Positions 10,132 to 18,389 of a DNA stretch of 64,000 bases are shown in pieces. The notes under the pieces were generated by a model that was not told the origin of the DNA, searched no databases, and saw only the letters and a program-made list of their open reading frames with translations. Position 1 is the stretch's first letter, and the number at the start of each line of letters is the position of its first letter. The DNA comes from Candidatus Bathyarchaeota archaeon (GTDB taxonomy: Archaea > Thermoproteota > Bathyarchaeia > Bathyarchaeales > Bathycorpusculaceae), in the NCBI GenBank assembly GCA_963815095.1, contig CAWFFH010000003.1, forward strand, positions 992,001 to 1,056,000. Reading direction: 5' to 3'. Both the position numbers and the translations under genes were made by a program.

Positions 10132-10172
10132 ATCATATCACTCCTTTTTTTAGTTGTTTTTTCGCGATTAAG

Positions 10173-10206
10173 TAACGTTCTTTGCCTTTTCAGGCTGGGA
10201 ACGTTA
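10173..10206 (-). promoter_or_regulatory. Hairpin with GAAA tetraloop in the putative alba 5' UTR
   Basis: Minus strand UAACGUUC-CCA-GCCU GAAA AGGC-AAA-GAACGUUA, between a TATA-like TTTATTAG (~10230) and the SD. Confidence 0.45.
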
Positions 10207-10425
10207 ACCCAAGATTATGCAAAACTTCCTAATAAACCAAATTCAGCAATCCGATATCCACATAAACGCTAAATCGCGGAGAATTAAACGTGGAATTGCT
10301 TCTCCATAACTTAATCATCTGTTTTTCAGTTAAAACCATGTCTTTCTTTACTTAGCAATAGAAAAAACGCTATAGTTTTATACCTCAACTTTGAAGGGAA
10401 GGTACAGTTAGAGAGGGATTATTTC

Positions 10426-11196
10426 ATGTCCGTGTCGCCTGGTCTAAGAGAAGTTTTAGCAAGAAGAATTGCTGGAGAAATAATTCTTTCAAGCAACCCA
10501 GGCTCAACTATGAAGAAGTGGCGCGAACTCTTCGGTCTTTCCCAAATCAACCTCTCAGACGCCATGGGCCTCTCATCTTCAGTCATAAGTGACTATGAGA
10601 GTGGTAGAAGAAAAAGCCCAGGCTCCAAGTTCATACGACGCTTCGTGCTGTCGCTTTTGCATATTGACGAAGGCAAAGGCAGCCGATTCATCCGGGAATT
10701 CGCTAAACTAACCAGTTCACCCAGCATGGCAGTTGTGGATCTCAGAGAATTTCCTATCCCAGTCAGAGTCGAGTACCTGTGCAAAGCTATCGGCGGGGAA
10801 GTTGTGGCTTGCAAAGAAAAATTCGTTAAAGAAGTCAATGGCTATACAGTAATTGATAGCAGAAAAGCAGTTGAAGCGTATTCTGGAGCAGAGTACGCGC
10901 AGCTTTTTGGCGCCTCAACCGAGAGGGCACTGATTTTCACTAGCATAGAAACGGGTTGTTTGCCCATGATGATCGTTCGCGTTAGCAGCCTCAAACCACG
11001 CGTCATTGTATTCCACAAGATGGTTCCCGATGAAGAAGCTTTACGAATAGCAGAGTACGAGCAAATACCTCTAATCTATTCAACTTCGCCAACTTTGGAG
11101 CAACTGGTGAAGTCTTTACGTAAACTATACCGTATAGCATTGCGGGTGAAACTTGGCAGGCGTCTAGTGCGTCCTCCACCAAAAATAAGCGCTTAA
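10426..11196 (+). CDS. XRE-family HTH transcriptional regulator (conserved archaeal type)
   Basis: IAGEIILS..PG..MKKWRE..VISDYESGRRKSPG signature. Confidence 0.85.
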   Translation: MSVSPGLREVLARRIAGEIILSSNPGSTMKKWRELFGLSQINLSDAMGLSSSVISDYESGRRKSPGSKFIRRFVLSLLHIDEGKGSRFIREFAKLTSSPSMAVVDLREFPIPVRVEYLCKAIGGEVVACKEKFVKEVNGYTVIDSRKAVEAYSGAEYAQLFGASTERALIFTSIETGCLPMMIVRVSSLKPRVIVFHKMVPDEEALRIAEYEQIPLIYSTSPTLEQLVKSLRKLYRIALRVKLGRRLVRPPPKISA

Positions 11197-11350
11197 AAAT
11201 GTTGAGAATTCGTTGCAGATTGGTTTTGGTGCGCTAGCTTATCCTTAAATTGAAAGCTTATAACTAGAAACGGGTTCTCGTGTCATTGAGAACCAAAATT
11301 GCCCACGTACTTCAACACGTAATTTTTGGGACAAAGCGGCGCTATGCGCG

Positions 11351-11746
11351 CTACTTCCATTCCCAAACCTTCAAGTGGAAGTTACCTGTTTCGTCGACGT
11401 CCAGCTCCCAGACTCCCGGCACGTTATTTAGCCTTGCAAATTTAGGCGAGGAAGTCTGCCAGATAACTCCACCCCGCCAACTCGCCTTGAGACCACTTCC
11501 GGTAGGTCGCCCCCTTCCATGAGCGTTCACACCTACAATATCCCCATCCTTGATTGTGCAGATTCCGTTGAACTCTGCAATCAAGGTTCCTCCCTGCGGT
11601 GTTGCGACGCCTGTATAGATAGATGAATAGTCTACACCGAACAATTTGCCCGTGCCCTGATATGTCGCTTCTACTCTTCCGTCGGGGAGTACCCTAATTC
11701 CTGCTAATTTTCCAGTTTCTTCAAAAGCTAAATCTCCTAGAACCAT
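11351..11746 (-). CDS. Hypothetical beta-rich protein
   Basis: 131-aa ORF with AGGAG SD. Confidence 0.75.
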   Translation of the reverse strand: MVLGDLAFEETGKLAGIRVLPDGRVEATYQGTGKLFGVDYSSIYTGVATPQGGTLIAEFNGICTIKDGDIVGVNAHGRGRPTGSGLKASWRGGVIWQTSSPKFARLNNVPGVWELDVDETGNFHLKVWEWK

Positions 11747-12034
11747 GTGATTAATCTCCTAAAAGTATATTATTATTGAGTCTGTGACTGATATTTATAT
11801 TTTATCTGTTCTGGTCGAATCTTTAGCCTCAGTCAAATGGAAGATTGTTGTTAAATTTTAAGCCGTATGCTCTACTGAATTTCGGGATAAACCAGCGCGC
11901 TAATGGATTGAAAAAGTGCCAGCAGACCTCCTCTAATCGTTTATGCTCAGTTTGACTGTAGGATCCAAAATATGTCGATTTTGCTCAAAGACCTTATTAC
12001 CCAGAAACCCATTTTTCCCTATTTGTGATTTGAA

Positions 12035-12220
12035 ATGTGCGAATTTAACATAATCCTAAACGGAATAGTCCAATTCAAAGACGTCATCTACATCAAAGTG
12101 GAAGGCGACAATGTCACAGTCAAGAACATTATGGGTGAAGCTAAAGAGTTCAAAGGCTACAAAATCGTTGAAGTTGACGTTCCCAACACAAGACTTGTCC
12201 TCTCTGCTCTAAAACAGTAG
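12035..12220 (+). CDS. CooT family nickel-binding protein
   Basis: MCE N-terminus; DV....EG..V...NIMGE.K pattern; 61 aa. Confidence 0.8.
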   Translation: MCEFNIILNGIVQFKDVIYIKVEGDNVTVKNIMGEAKEFKGYKIVEVDVPNTRLVLSALKQ

Positions 12221-12504
12221 CTTGATATTAGCTAAAGATTTGCCTGCATTTTTTTGTGTATTTAAGATTACTTATACATAGAGGTTTCAATTTTTCTCCA
12301 GTGGAAATGAGGGGTTAAACATAAATTACTTAAAAAACCATGGAGAAAACATAGGCAACTCACGCAATGGAGCAATTTACGGCAAAAAGCCAAATGGCTC
12401 ATTACCGAACTATGGATTTGTTTTTTTCAGGATTTATATATCCAAAGATGTCTAGTTAATGCAATGACAAGTCGCGTCGCCAACTGTTTTGGCAAGGAAA
12501 CAAA

Positions 12505-13185
12505 ATGAGTAACAGGCTAAAATTTGAACAAGACCTAACTTTTCTTTTGTCTAGGTTAACCATTGATGCCCCGCCAGAAGTTGAAAACAAACTTAACATG
12601 CTAAAAGATTGGTTAATCAAACTTCAAAAAGAAAATGTCGTAAAAATTAACCACACTGTAATGGAACTGGTTTTGGCCAAATACCTCATCCAGAAGGGTT
12701 ACGAAATTCAACTTGAATATCCTTTAAGCGAGCTCTTAACCTGCGACTTGTATGGCATAAAGGGTTTGGGAAATCTGATTGTGGAAATAGAAACAGGCTT
12801 TATCCCTCCTGAAAATGCTTTAGCTCCTTTGACTTACACGACTGCAAGGTTAGCGAGTAAAATTATCCGGTATAGCAGTTTCGCAGGAAAATTTGCGTTA
12901 GGTGTCCCACCACACTACATCCTGCCTTTCCCTTCTACATTAGCTAAACCGCCGCGAAACCGCTCAGAACAAGAAATAGCTCAAATCAAAAAACTCTGCG
13001 ACACATACTACCGAAAACCCCCCGTTACACTTGAGGAAATCCGAAACGCACGCATACAAGACATTTACATTATTGACGTGGACCATGCAGAAGTGCTGGA
13101 AATAGATCCTGAAGCGTACCTCAAAAGAGCAATGCAGAAAGGCATAGTTTACGATTACATTCAGCCGGATCTCAAGGAGCTTTGA
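12505..13185 (+). CDS. Conserved archaeal hypothetical protein, PD-(D/E)xK nuclease-like
   Basis: EYPL..CDLYG...IVEIETG motif. Confidence 0.65.
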   Translation: MSNRLKFEQDLTFLLSRLTIDAPPEVENKLNMLKDWLIKLQKENVVKINHTVMELVLAKYLIQKGYEIQLEYPLSELLTCDLYGIKGLGNLIVEIETGFIPPENALAPLTYTTARLASKIIRYSSFAGKFALGVPPHYILPFPSTLAKPPRNRSEQEIAQIKKLCDTYYRKPPVTLEEIRNARIQDIYIIDVDHAEVLEIDPEAYLKRAMQKGIVYDYIQPDLKEL

Positions 13186-13191
13186 CACTGG

Positions 13192-13446
13192 ATGTCGTTC
13201 TACGTTTACATTCTGCTCTGTATGGATGGAAGCTTCTACACGGGTTACACCAAGGATTTGGATGAGCGGTTAAAGCAGCATGAAAACGGGAAAGGCGCAA
13301 AATACACCAAAGCTCATAAACCACAAAAAATCGCGTATGTGGAGCTTTTCGGTTCCAGAAGCAGCGCAATGAAGCGTGAGAGGGCAATAAAAAAGCTTAC
13401 CCACCAACAAAAGCGCGACTTAATTTGTTCTCAGAGCAAGAAATAA
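13192..13446 (+). CDS. GIY-YIG nuclease (UPF0213/YhbQ-like)
   Basis: YVYIL.C.DGS.YTGYT.DL..R..QH..GKGAKYT. Confidence 0.92.
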   Translation: MSFYVYILLCMDGSFYTGYTKDLDERLKQHENGKGAKYTKAHKPQKIAYVELFGSRSSAMKRERAIKKLTHQQKRDLICSQSKK

Positions 13447-13496
13447 TTTTTGTAGTGTCAGCTGTTTTGTGAAAAAAGAAGGCTCGGTTGCCGTTT

Positions 13497-14732
13497 TTAG
13501 ATGAGTAAAGTTAAGGCTGCACCAGTAATTATTGGAATCAGCACATTATCGTTTACTGGTAAAGGCAAGACTTCGATTGTCATGGCAATCGCTGCCCCAG
13601 CCAAAGCCAACCATGGCGAAACAAAGAATGTTCCAGCCAAAAACGCAAAGAAGAAACCAGCCAACGAACCTTCCCACGTCTTTCCTTTGTTAAATGGCAA
13701 GGAAGTGGAAATTAATCCTCCAAAAATCGAAGCTGCGCTGTCGCCTAAACAGAACATGGCAATCGCTGCTCCGGCTGCGTGAGTTGGAAACAAAAGTAAA
13801 GTCGTGACTATTCCAAAGGCAAAGTAAAGAGGTGATGCAGCAAAACCGTAAAGTTCAGACTGAGAAGCTGCATGACGCGTAATAGCTGAAACTAAAGTTA
13901 ATTCGCGCCCTTCTAAACGCCTAAGTTCGGAGACTGTATAGACGATGGCGATTAGGATGATTAATGCGGCGACAACAGGGACAGTGATTAACCCTGCAAT
14001 GACAGGCATAAAAAATCCTGCAGCATGAATGTCTTCTCTTACAAGATCATTTATCGACGGAAAAGATCGTTTATGCTTATCTCCGTCAATGACGTGTAAA
14101 ATGCTTGAAAGTTTACCATTAATTACTCTGTCAGCCTTGATGCGGAGTACAAAATCAGCGTTAAAACCAATTTTTAACACTTCAGGCGCGAAAATGCAAC
14201 GGTTGTTTCGGTCATCAGCGACAACCACGCAATCCTTTAGCTCCAAGTTTTCGGCGGCTAATATTTTGAGTAGAATTTTCAATTTCCCGGAAGGTTGAAT
14301 GGCGTCACCGTGTATCTGGCCTGTTAACTTTCCATCTTGGGTTTCAACGTCGATGCCGTAAGCGTATTCTGCACTTAAGCAATCGGCTAACTTTTTAACA
14401 ATGACTGTTGGTAACCCTGAACTAATTAAAGCAATCTTGCAGTTCCTCTTTTTTAGTTGATTAAAAATGCTTTTTAGAAAGGGCGTTGCAGGAATCTTGT
14501 CAAAGATGCACTCCAGGGTTTCAAGTTCTATGCCTTTTAGATTGCTGAAAACATGCTTTAATGCTGATTCGAGCTTTAAAATGCCTGCTTCATAAAGAAA
14601 ACCGAAGAAAAGAAGTTTAATTAGCTTAAATAACCCTAAAGTTTTGCCCAATTCAAAAATAAAGCGGTTTTTGGGGATGAGCACTCCTTCGACGTCGAAA
14701 ACTACAAGTCTGGGTTTTTCCGTTTGAGCCAT
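13497..14732 (-). CDS. HAD-IB phosphatase (SerB-like) fused to a SEC59/DGK1/VTE5-family CTP-dependent lipid kinase
   Basis: FDVEGVL, ISSG, ADDRNN at the N-terminus; TM region with GDSAAS, KTWEGS, DN.LIP. Confidence 0.8.
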   Translation of the reverse strand: MAQTEKPRLVVFDVEGVLIPKNRFIFELGKTLGLFKLIKLLFFGFLYEAGILKLESALKHVFSNLKGIELETLECIFDKIPATPFLKSIFNQLKKRNCKIALISSGLPTVIVKKLADCLSAEYAYGIDVETQDGKLTGQIHGDAIQPSGKLKILLKILAAENLELKDCVVVADDRNNRCIFAPEVLKIGFNADFVLRIKADRVINGKLSSILHVIDGDKHKRSFPSINDLVREDIHAAGFFMPVIAGLITVPVVAALIILIAIVYTVSELRRLEGRELTLVSAITRHAASQSELYGFAASPLYFAFGIVTTLLLFPTHAAGAAIAMFCLGDSAASIFGGLISTSLPFNKGKTWEGSLAGFFFAFLAGTFFVSPWLALAGAAIAMTIEVLPLPVNDNVLIPIITGAALTLLI

Positions 14733-14794
14733 TTCTATCTTTACTCACGATTTAGCGCTGTTTGCTTAAAGAGTTAACAGTGCTAAAGATAAAA

Positions 14795-16129
14795 TTATCC
14801 TGTCTGGGTACATTGGTGCTCTTTATTTTGTAGCTCTAAGGGACATCCGCCACCACAAACTTGCAGTTGGTCACAGTCCTTGCATTTTTCCTCTACAAAT
14901 TCTCTTTTTCTAAGTTTTTCTGCTATGGGATTGTGCCAAATCTTTTCCCAGGGTTCGGCTAAGATGTTTCCGAGGCTTTCGAAGTAGCTTTGGCAAGGGT
15001 AAACGTCGCCGTTTGGTCCAACGCAAGCGTTTATCATGGCTGCGGTGCAGCTTTTTACGCCTAAACCCAACTGCACTGGGTCAAATTGGCAGTACTGGGT
15101 TGGCGTGTACCAAAGGAACTTGAGGCCAATCAATTGGGCTTTGTCTCGGATTTGAGGCAAAAGAATCTTCAGATCTTCTACCGATAAAGCGAATTCTTCG
15201 CTTGCTTCTGGTGCTTTGCCTGAGTAGATAAGGCTGTTGCAGCCAAACGCGTCCACGCCAAGCCCTTTGATGTAATCGACGGTTGTTAAGAAGTCGGCTG
15301 CGTTATGTTTGCTCAACGTGGTGTTGGTTGAAACATAAATTTTTGATTGAACTGCATTTCGGATTCCCGCAATGGTTTCTTTCCAACTGCCCTTCGCGTC
15401 TGTCATTTTATCGTGAATCTGGGGCTTGTGGGATTCCAACGTTACCTGAACAAAATCTAAACCTGACTTCTCAAGCACATCCACAAACGCTTTATCCTTG
15501 AGCTTTCGCCCATTACTAATCAAACCCGTAACCATGCCTTTGTTTTGAGCGTACAAGAGCAGTTCAGGCAAATCTTCCCGCAAGGTGGGTTCGCCGCCTG
15601 TGAATGTTAAGATGAAGACGCCGATGTCGCTGAGCTTATCAATCACGCTTTTCCACTGTGCCGTTGTTAGTTCGGGGGTTTCGTGTGGTCCGCCAGCGTA
15701 GCAGTGGACGCAGTCGTTTTGGCACCTAAACGTCAAAGCTAAATCCATGCGAAGCGGCGCAGAATACTGGTAGCTAAAGGGCTCCATTTTTTCGATTTCA
15801 AGAAAGCTCACAGGGTCAATTTTCGCAGTCTGCGCAAGTGTACTTACCGTGTAAACAAGCTTCTCGTAATCGGCTTTGGCAGTTTCAGCACCAACGCGGT
15901 ACATTCCCCGGATTTTTTTAACTACATCTTTTTCGGGCAAGCCCTGCATAAAAAAGTAAGCTAATGCCGTTGCCGTTAGGTTCAGATGCAGGATTCTGTC
16001 GCCGTTAATCACCATAACGCCCTGTCCACTTGCTTCAACACGAAGCTGCAAGGACATCCCTGCGAACTTGTCCTCTCCGCGGTAACTGTATCTTCCAAAT
16101 GGGATGGTTTTTTTCTTAAAGAAACTCAT
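14795..16129 (-). CDS. Radical SAM/SPASM protein with N-terminal PqqD/RRE domain
   Basis: CQNDCVHC, GGEP, SPASM C..GDVYPC..CKDC..CGGGC; N-terminal LNLTA...AKADY RRE-like segment; start reassigned to ATG 16129. Confidence 0.9.
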   Translation of the reverse strand: MSFFKKKTIPFGRYSYRGEDKFAGMSLQLRVEASGQGVMVINGDRILHLNLTATALAYFFMQGLPEKDVVKKIRGMYRVGAETAKADYEKLVYTVSTLAQTAKIDPVSFLEIEKMEPFSYQYSAPLRMDLALTFRCQNDCVHCYAGGPHETPELTTAQWKSVIDKLSDIGVFILTFTGGEPTLREDLPELLLYAQNKGMVTGLISNGRKLKDKAFVDVLEKSGLDFVQVTLESHKPQIHDKMTDAKGSWKETIAGIRNAVQSKIYVSTNTTLSKHNAADFLTTVDYIKGLGVDAFGCNSLIYSGKAPEASEEFALSVEDLKILLPQIRDKAQLIGLKFLWYTPTQYCQFDPVQLGLGVKSCTAAMINACVGPNGDVYPCQSYFESLGNILAEPWEKIWHNPIAEKLRKREFVEEKCKDCDQLQVCGGGCPLELQNKEHQCTQTG

Positions 16130-16131
16130 AT

Positions 16132-17766
16132 TTAATGGCCTCCTCCGCCTGCACAGGCGCAAGCGCATGAAACGCAAGCGCAGGCACAGGCACATGCCGC
16201 ACACGCACAGACACAATCCGCCTTTGGATGAGCTGGATCATGAGACGCTTTTGGCGGCGCTGGAACGATAGCGTTGGCGAATTTTTCCATGCTACCAACT
16301 ATGTTGTTTGAGGTTTTTTCGACTGATGTGGCGATGTTGTTGGCGAAGTCTGCTCCTGGAATTTTTGGAGCCGGACCAGACTGCGTTGGTACGTTAACGT
16401 TTGGCGAATATGTTGGGTTTGGATGATATGTTGTATAACCGTACCACCACCAGAACCACAATGGATTAGGCTGAATATAGCCTGTCCTGAACACGGTTTC
16501 AGTTCGTGTCCGCTGGTTAGGGTCAAGCAAAAGCCAAAGCAGTTGCTCATCGTAAGCATTAGCAGCCAACTCAACTGTGCCAGCTTGTTCCACTTGAGTC
16601 CAAGCTTGAGCAGCGATTTTTCGGTAATAATCCACTGTGTCTTTTCGGCTGTAGCCCTGCAGCTTCTGTTCCACCGTGTCACGTAGGAACATAATTGTGT
16701 GTGCAAGTTTTTCCTCGTCGAGGCTGCCATCGGTTTTAAGTGAGTTCAAGAAATCGATCTCGTAATACCTCAGGGGGTCGTCTTTGGTGCCCGTTTTGTT
16801 TTCGAAAGGCGGCAATAATTTTAGTTTTAAGGAGGGTTTGGTTTCTTGCGCCCAGACCGCTCTTTTCTGTAAGAGGCTATAGAGAATTTCGGTAACTATC
16901 TGGGGCGGCTTCATGTCAAGGAGGTAAGAGGCTTCAACCGCGGTTAAGCCACGTTTAACGCCTAAGCTTTCCATGCCGACTTTCGGTGAAGTATAGCTGC
17001 TTTTGCTGAGTGCTCTAATTATTAAGGCGAAAATGGCAATTGCAAATAAAACCCCAACAACACCTACTATAATTCCATAAGAGCCCAGGCTGAATCCTCC
17101 CCCTCCCGAACTCGGAACGTAGTTGGGCAAAAACTTTGCTGGAAAAGAAACACCTACCAAAAACTGCTCATTTGGTTGGATGACGGGTTTTTCCCAGTAA
17201 ACCGTCAATTGCCCATTAACGGTGGAGGTGCCGTTATAGAAGTTCTGGGTAGTTTTCACATCAGCTACAGTGACATCGGGCGGCAAAACAATTTGGACAC
17301 GCACATCGTTGATGGCTGTGTCGGATATCCACTGGGGAATAAACTGCATCCCAAAGTTTCCAGAGTTCTGGGTGTCATTGCTTATCATGCCTGCAACGTT
17401 AGTTGTAACCGTGAACCAGACTGATTGTCCAGTGGTTAAGGGCTGGTTTAATGTGACATCAATTCGGTAGTCGCCTCCGCTGCTGGCGTCGACAACATTG
17501 AGCGAGTTGCCGTATTGATCTACTGCTTGGCCAGGTGTGAAGTCGCTTTTGGGTTGTCCAACGTAGAATCCGTGTAAGACCCCTGAGGTTACTGTTAGGG
17601 TTATGTTGTAGGTTAAGTCAATGGTGCCATCTTGGTTGATGAAGATTTGAGCCCACTCATGGTCAACTGTGTATGTCAAGCTTTGTGCGTTGACGCTGCT
17701 TGTCGCTGAAACTGTAACCGCCAAAATCAGCAGTAAAGCGAAAAGCAACGGAATTTTTTTTACCAT
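16132..17766 (-). CDS. Single-pass membrane protein (DUF2207-like ectodomain) with C-terminal Cys-Ala repeat tail
   Basis: Signal peptide, beta-rich ectodomain, TM near aa 230-252, cytoplasmic domain ending CVCACAACACACACVSCACACAGGGGH. Confidence 0.85.
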   Translation of the reverse strand: MVKKIPLLFALLLILAVTVSATSSVNAQSLTYTVDHEWAQIFINQDGTIDLTYNITLTVTSGVLHGFYVGQPKSDFTPGQAVDQYGNSLNVVDASSGGDYRIDVTLNQPLTTGQSVWFTVTTNVAGMISNDTQNSGNFGMQFIPQWISDTAINDVRVQIVLPPDVTVADVKTTQNFYNGTSTVNGQLTVYWEKPVIQPNEQFLVGVSFPAKFLPNYVPSSGGGGFSLGSYGIIVGVVGVLFAIAIFALIIRALSKSSYTSPKVGMESLGVKRGLTAVEASYLLDMKPPQIVTEILYSLLQKRAVWAQETKPSLKLKLLPPFENKTGTKDDPLRYYEIDFLNSLKTDGSLDEEKLAHTIMFLRDTVEQKLQGYSRKDTVDYYRKIAAQAWTQVEQAGTVELAANAYDEQLLWLLLDPNQRTRTETVFRTGYIQPNPLWFWWWYGYTTYHPNPTYSPNVNVPTQSGPAPKIPGADFANNIATSVEKTSNNIVGSMEKFANAIVPAPPKASHDPAHPKADCVCACAACACACACVSCACACAGGGGH

Positions 17767-18113
17767 TTTGGTTCCTCAGTAATCTCAAAAGTGGTACCGC
17801 AGTAAGGGCACTTAACGTATGGTACACCTGAAACAATCTTGATTTGGTCAGCGCTAATTGACCCGCCGCAGTTGGGGCATTTGATCTGCGCAGCCTTCAT
17901 TTGTCCTGAAACCTTCAGTTGCTGGATAACCGTTTTGGGTTTGCGGGTTGTGTAGTAGATTCCTACGATTATGGCTAAGCCAATTATGAAGAGTATGCCG
18001 CTTGTTGCAAGACGCGCTGATGTAGCTTGCACTGAAGCTGCGAGTGCAAAGATAATTGCAAGAAAGAACACAACTGCCGCGGCTATGCCGCCAAGGATGG
18101 GTAAGATTCTCAT
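17760..18113 (-). CDS. Membrane protein (2 TM) with C-terminal zinc ribbon
   Basis: CPNC...CPYC; overlaps the start of the next gene; ATG 18113 preferred (TTTAAAT TATA upstream); ORF is open to 18203. Confidence 0.8.
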   Translation of the reverse strand: MRILPILGGIAAAVVFFLAIIFALAASVQATSARLATSGILFIIGLAIIVGIYYTTRKPKTVIQQLKVSGQMKAAQIKCPNCGGSISADQIKIVSGVPYVKCPYCGTTFEITEEPKW

Positions 18114-18295
18114 AACTATTTTCTGTAAGGCTTGAAGATTTAAATCTAGTCCCTTTAGTTCAGCTGAAACGCTTGACTTGCCCTTAAGAGGTTGGGGCTT
18201 CAAATCAAGCCTGGATCAATTTAGGACCATAGGTTAGACAAAAACAAGTTTACCTGAAGGGGTTTGCAGAGGCTCTGCAGCGTGAATGCAAGCTT

Positions 18296-18360
18296 GTCAA
18301 TAAATCTTGACTTGTTTTCAGTGACTTAGTCCAGAGTTGTTGACAAAAAAGCTTTTATTA
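18296..18360 (+). promoter_or_regulatory. Tandem GTCAAG-N4-CTTGAC-like palindromes plus TATA upstream of a surface protein gene
   Basis: gtcaataaatcttgac (18296), gtccagagttgttgac (18329), TATA at 18353. Confidence 0.5.
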
Positions 18361-18389
18361 GAAACATTACCTGAGCTTTTCCTGTAGTC

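Noticed and set aside
11273-11294. GGTTCTC/GAGAACC inverted repeat
   Set aside because: A single 7-bp stem between convergent genes; likely terminator-related or chance.
16130-16216. Cys-rich N-terminal extension MCLCVCGMCLCL... on the rSAM ORF as a fused precursor
   Set aside because: It is an alternate-frame reading of the upstream gene's Cys-Ala tail; ATG 16129 directly follows that gene's stop.
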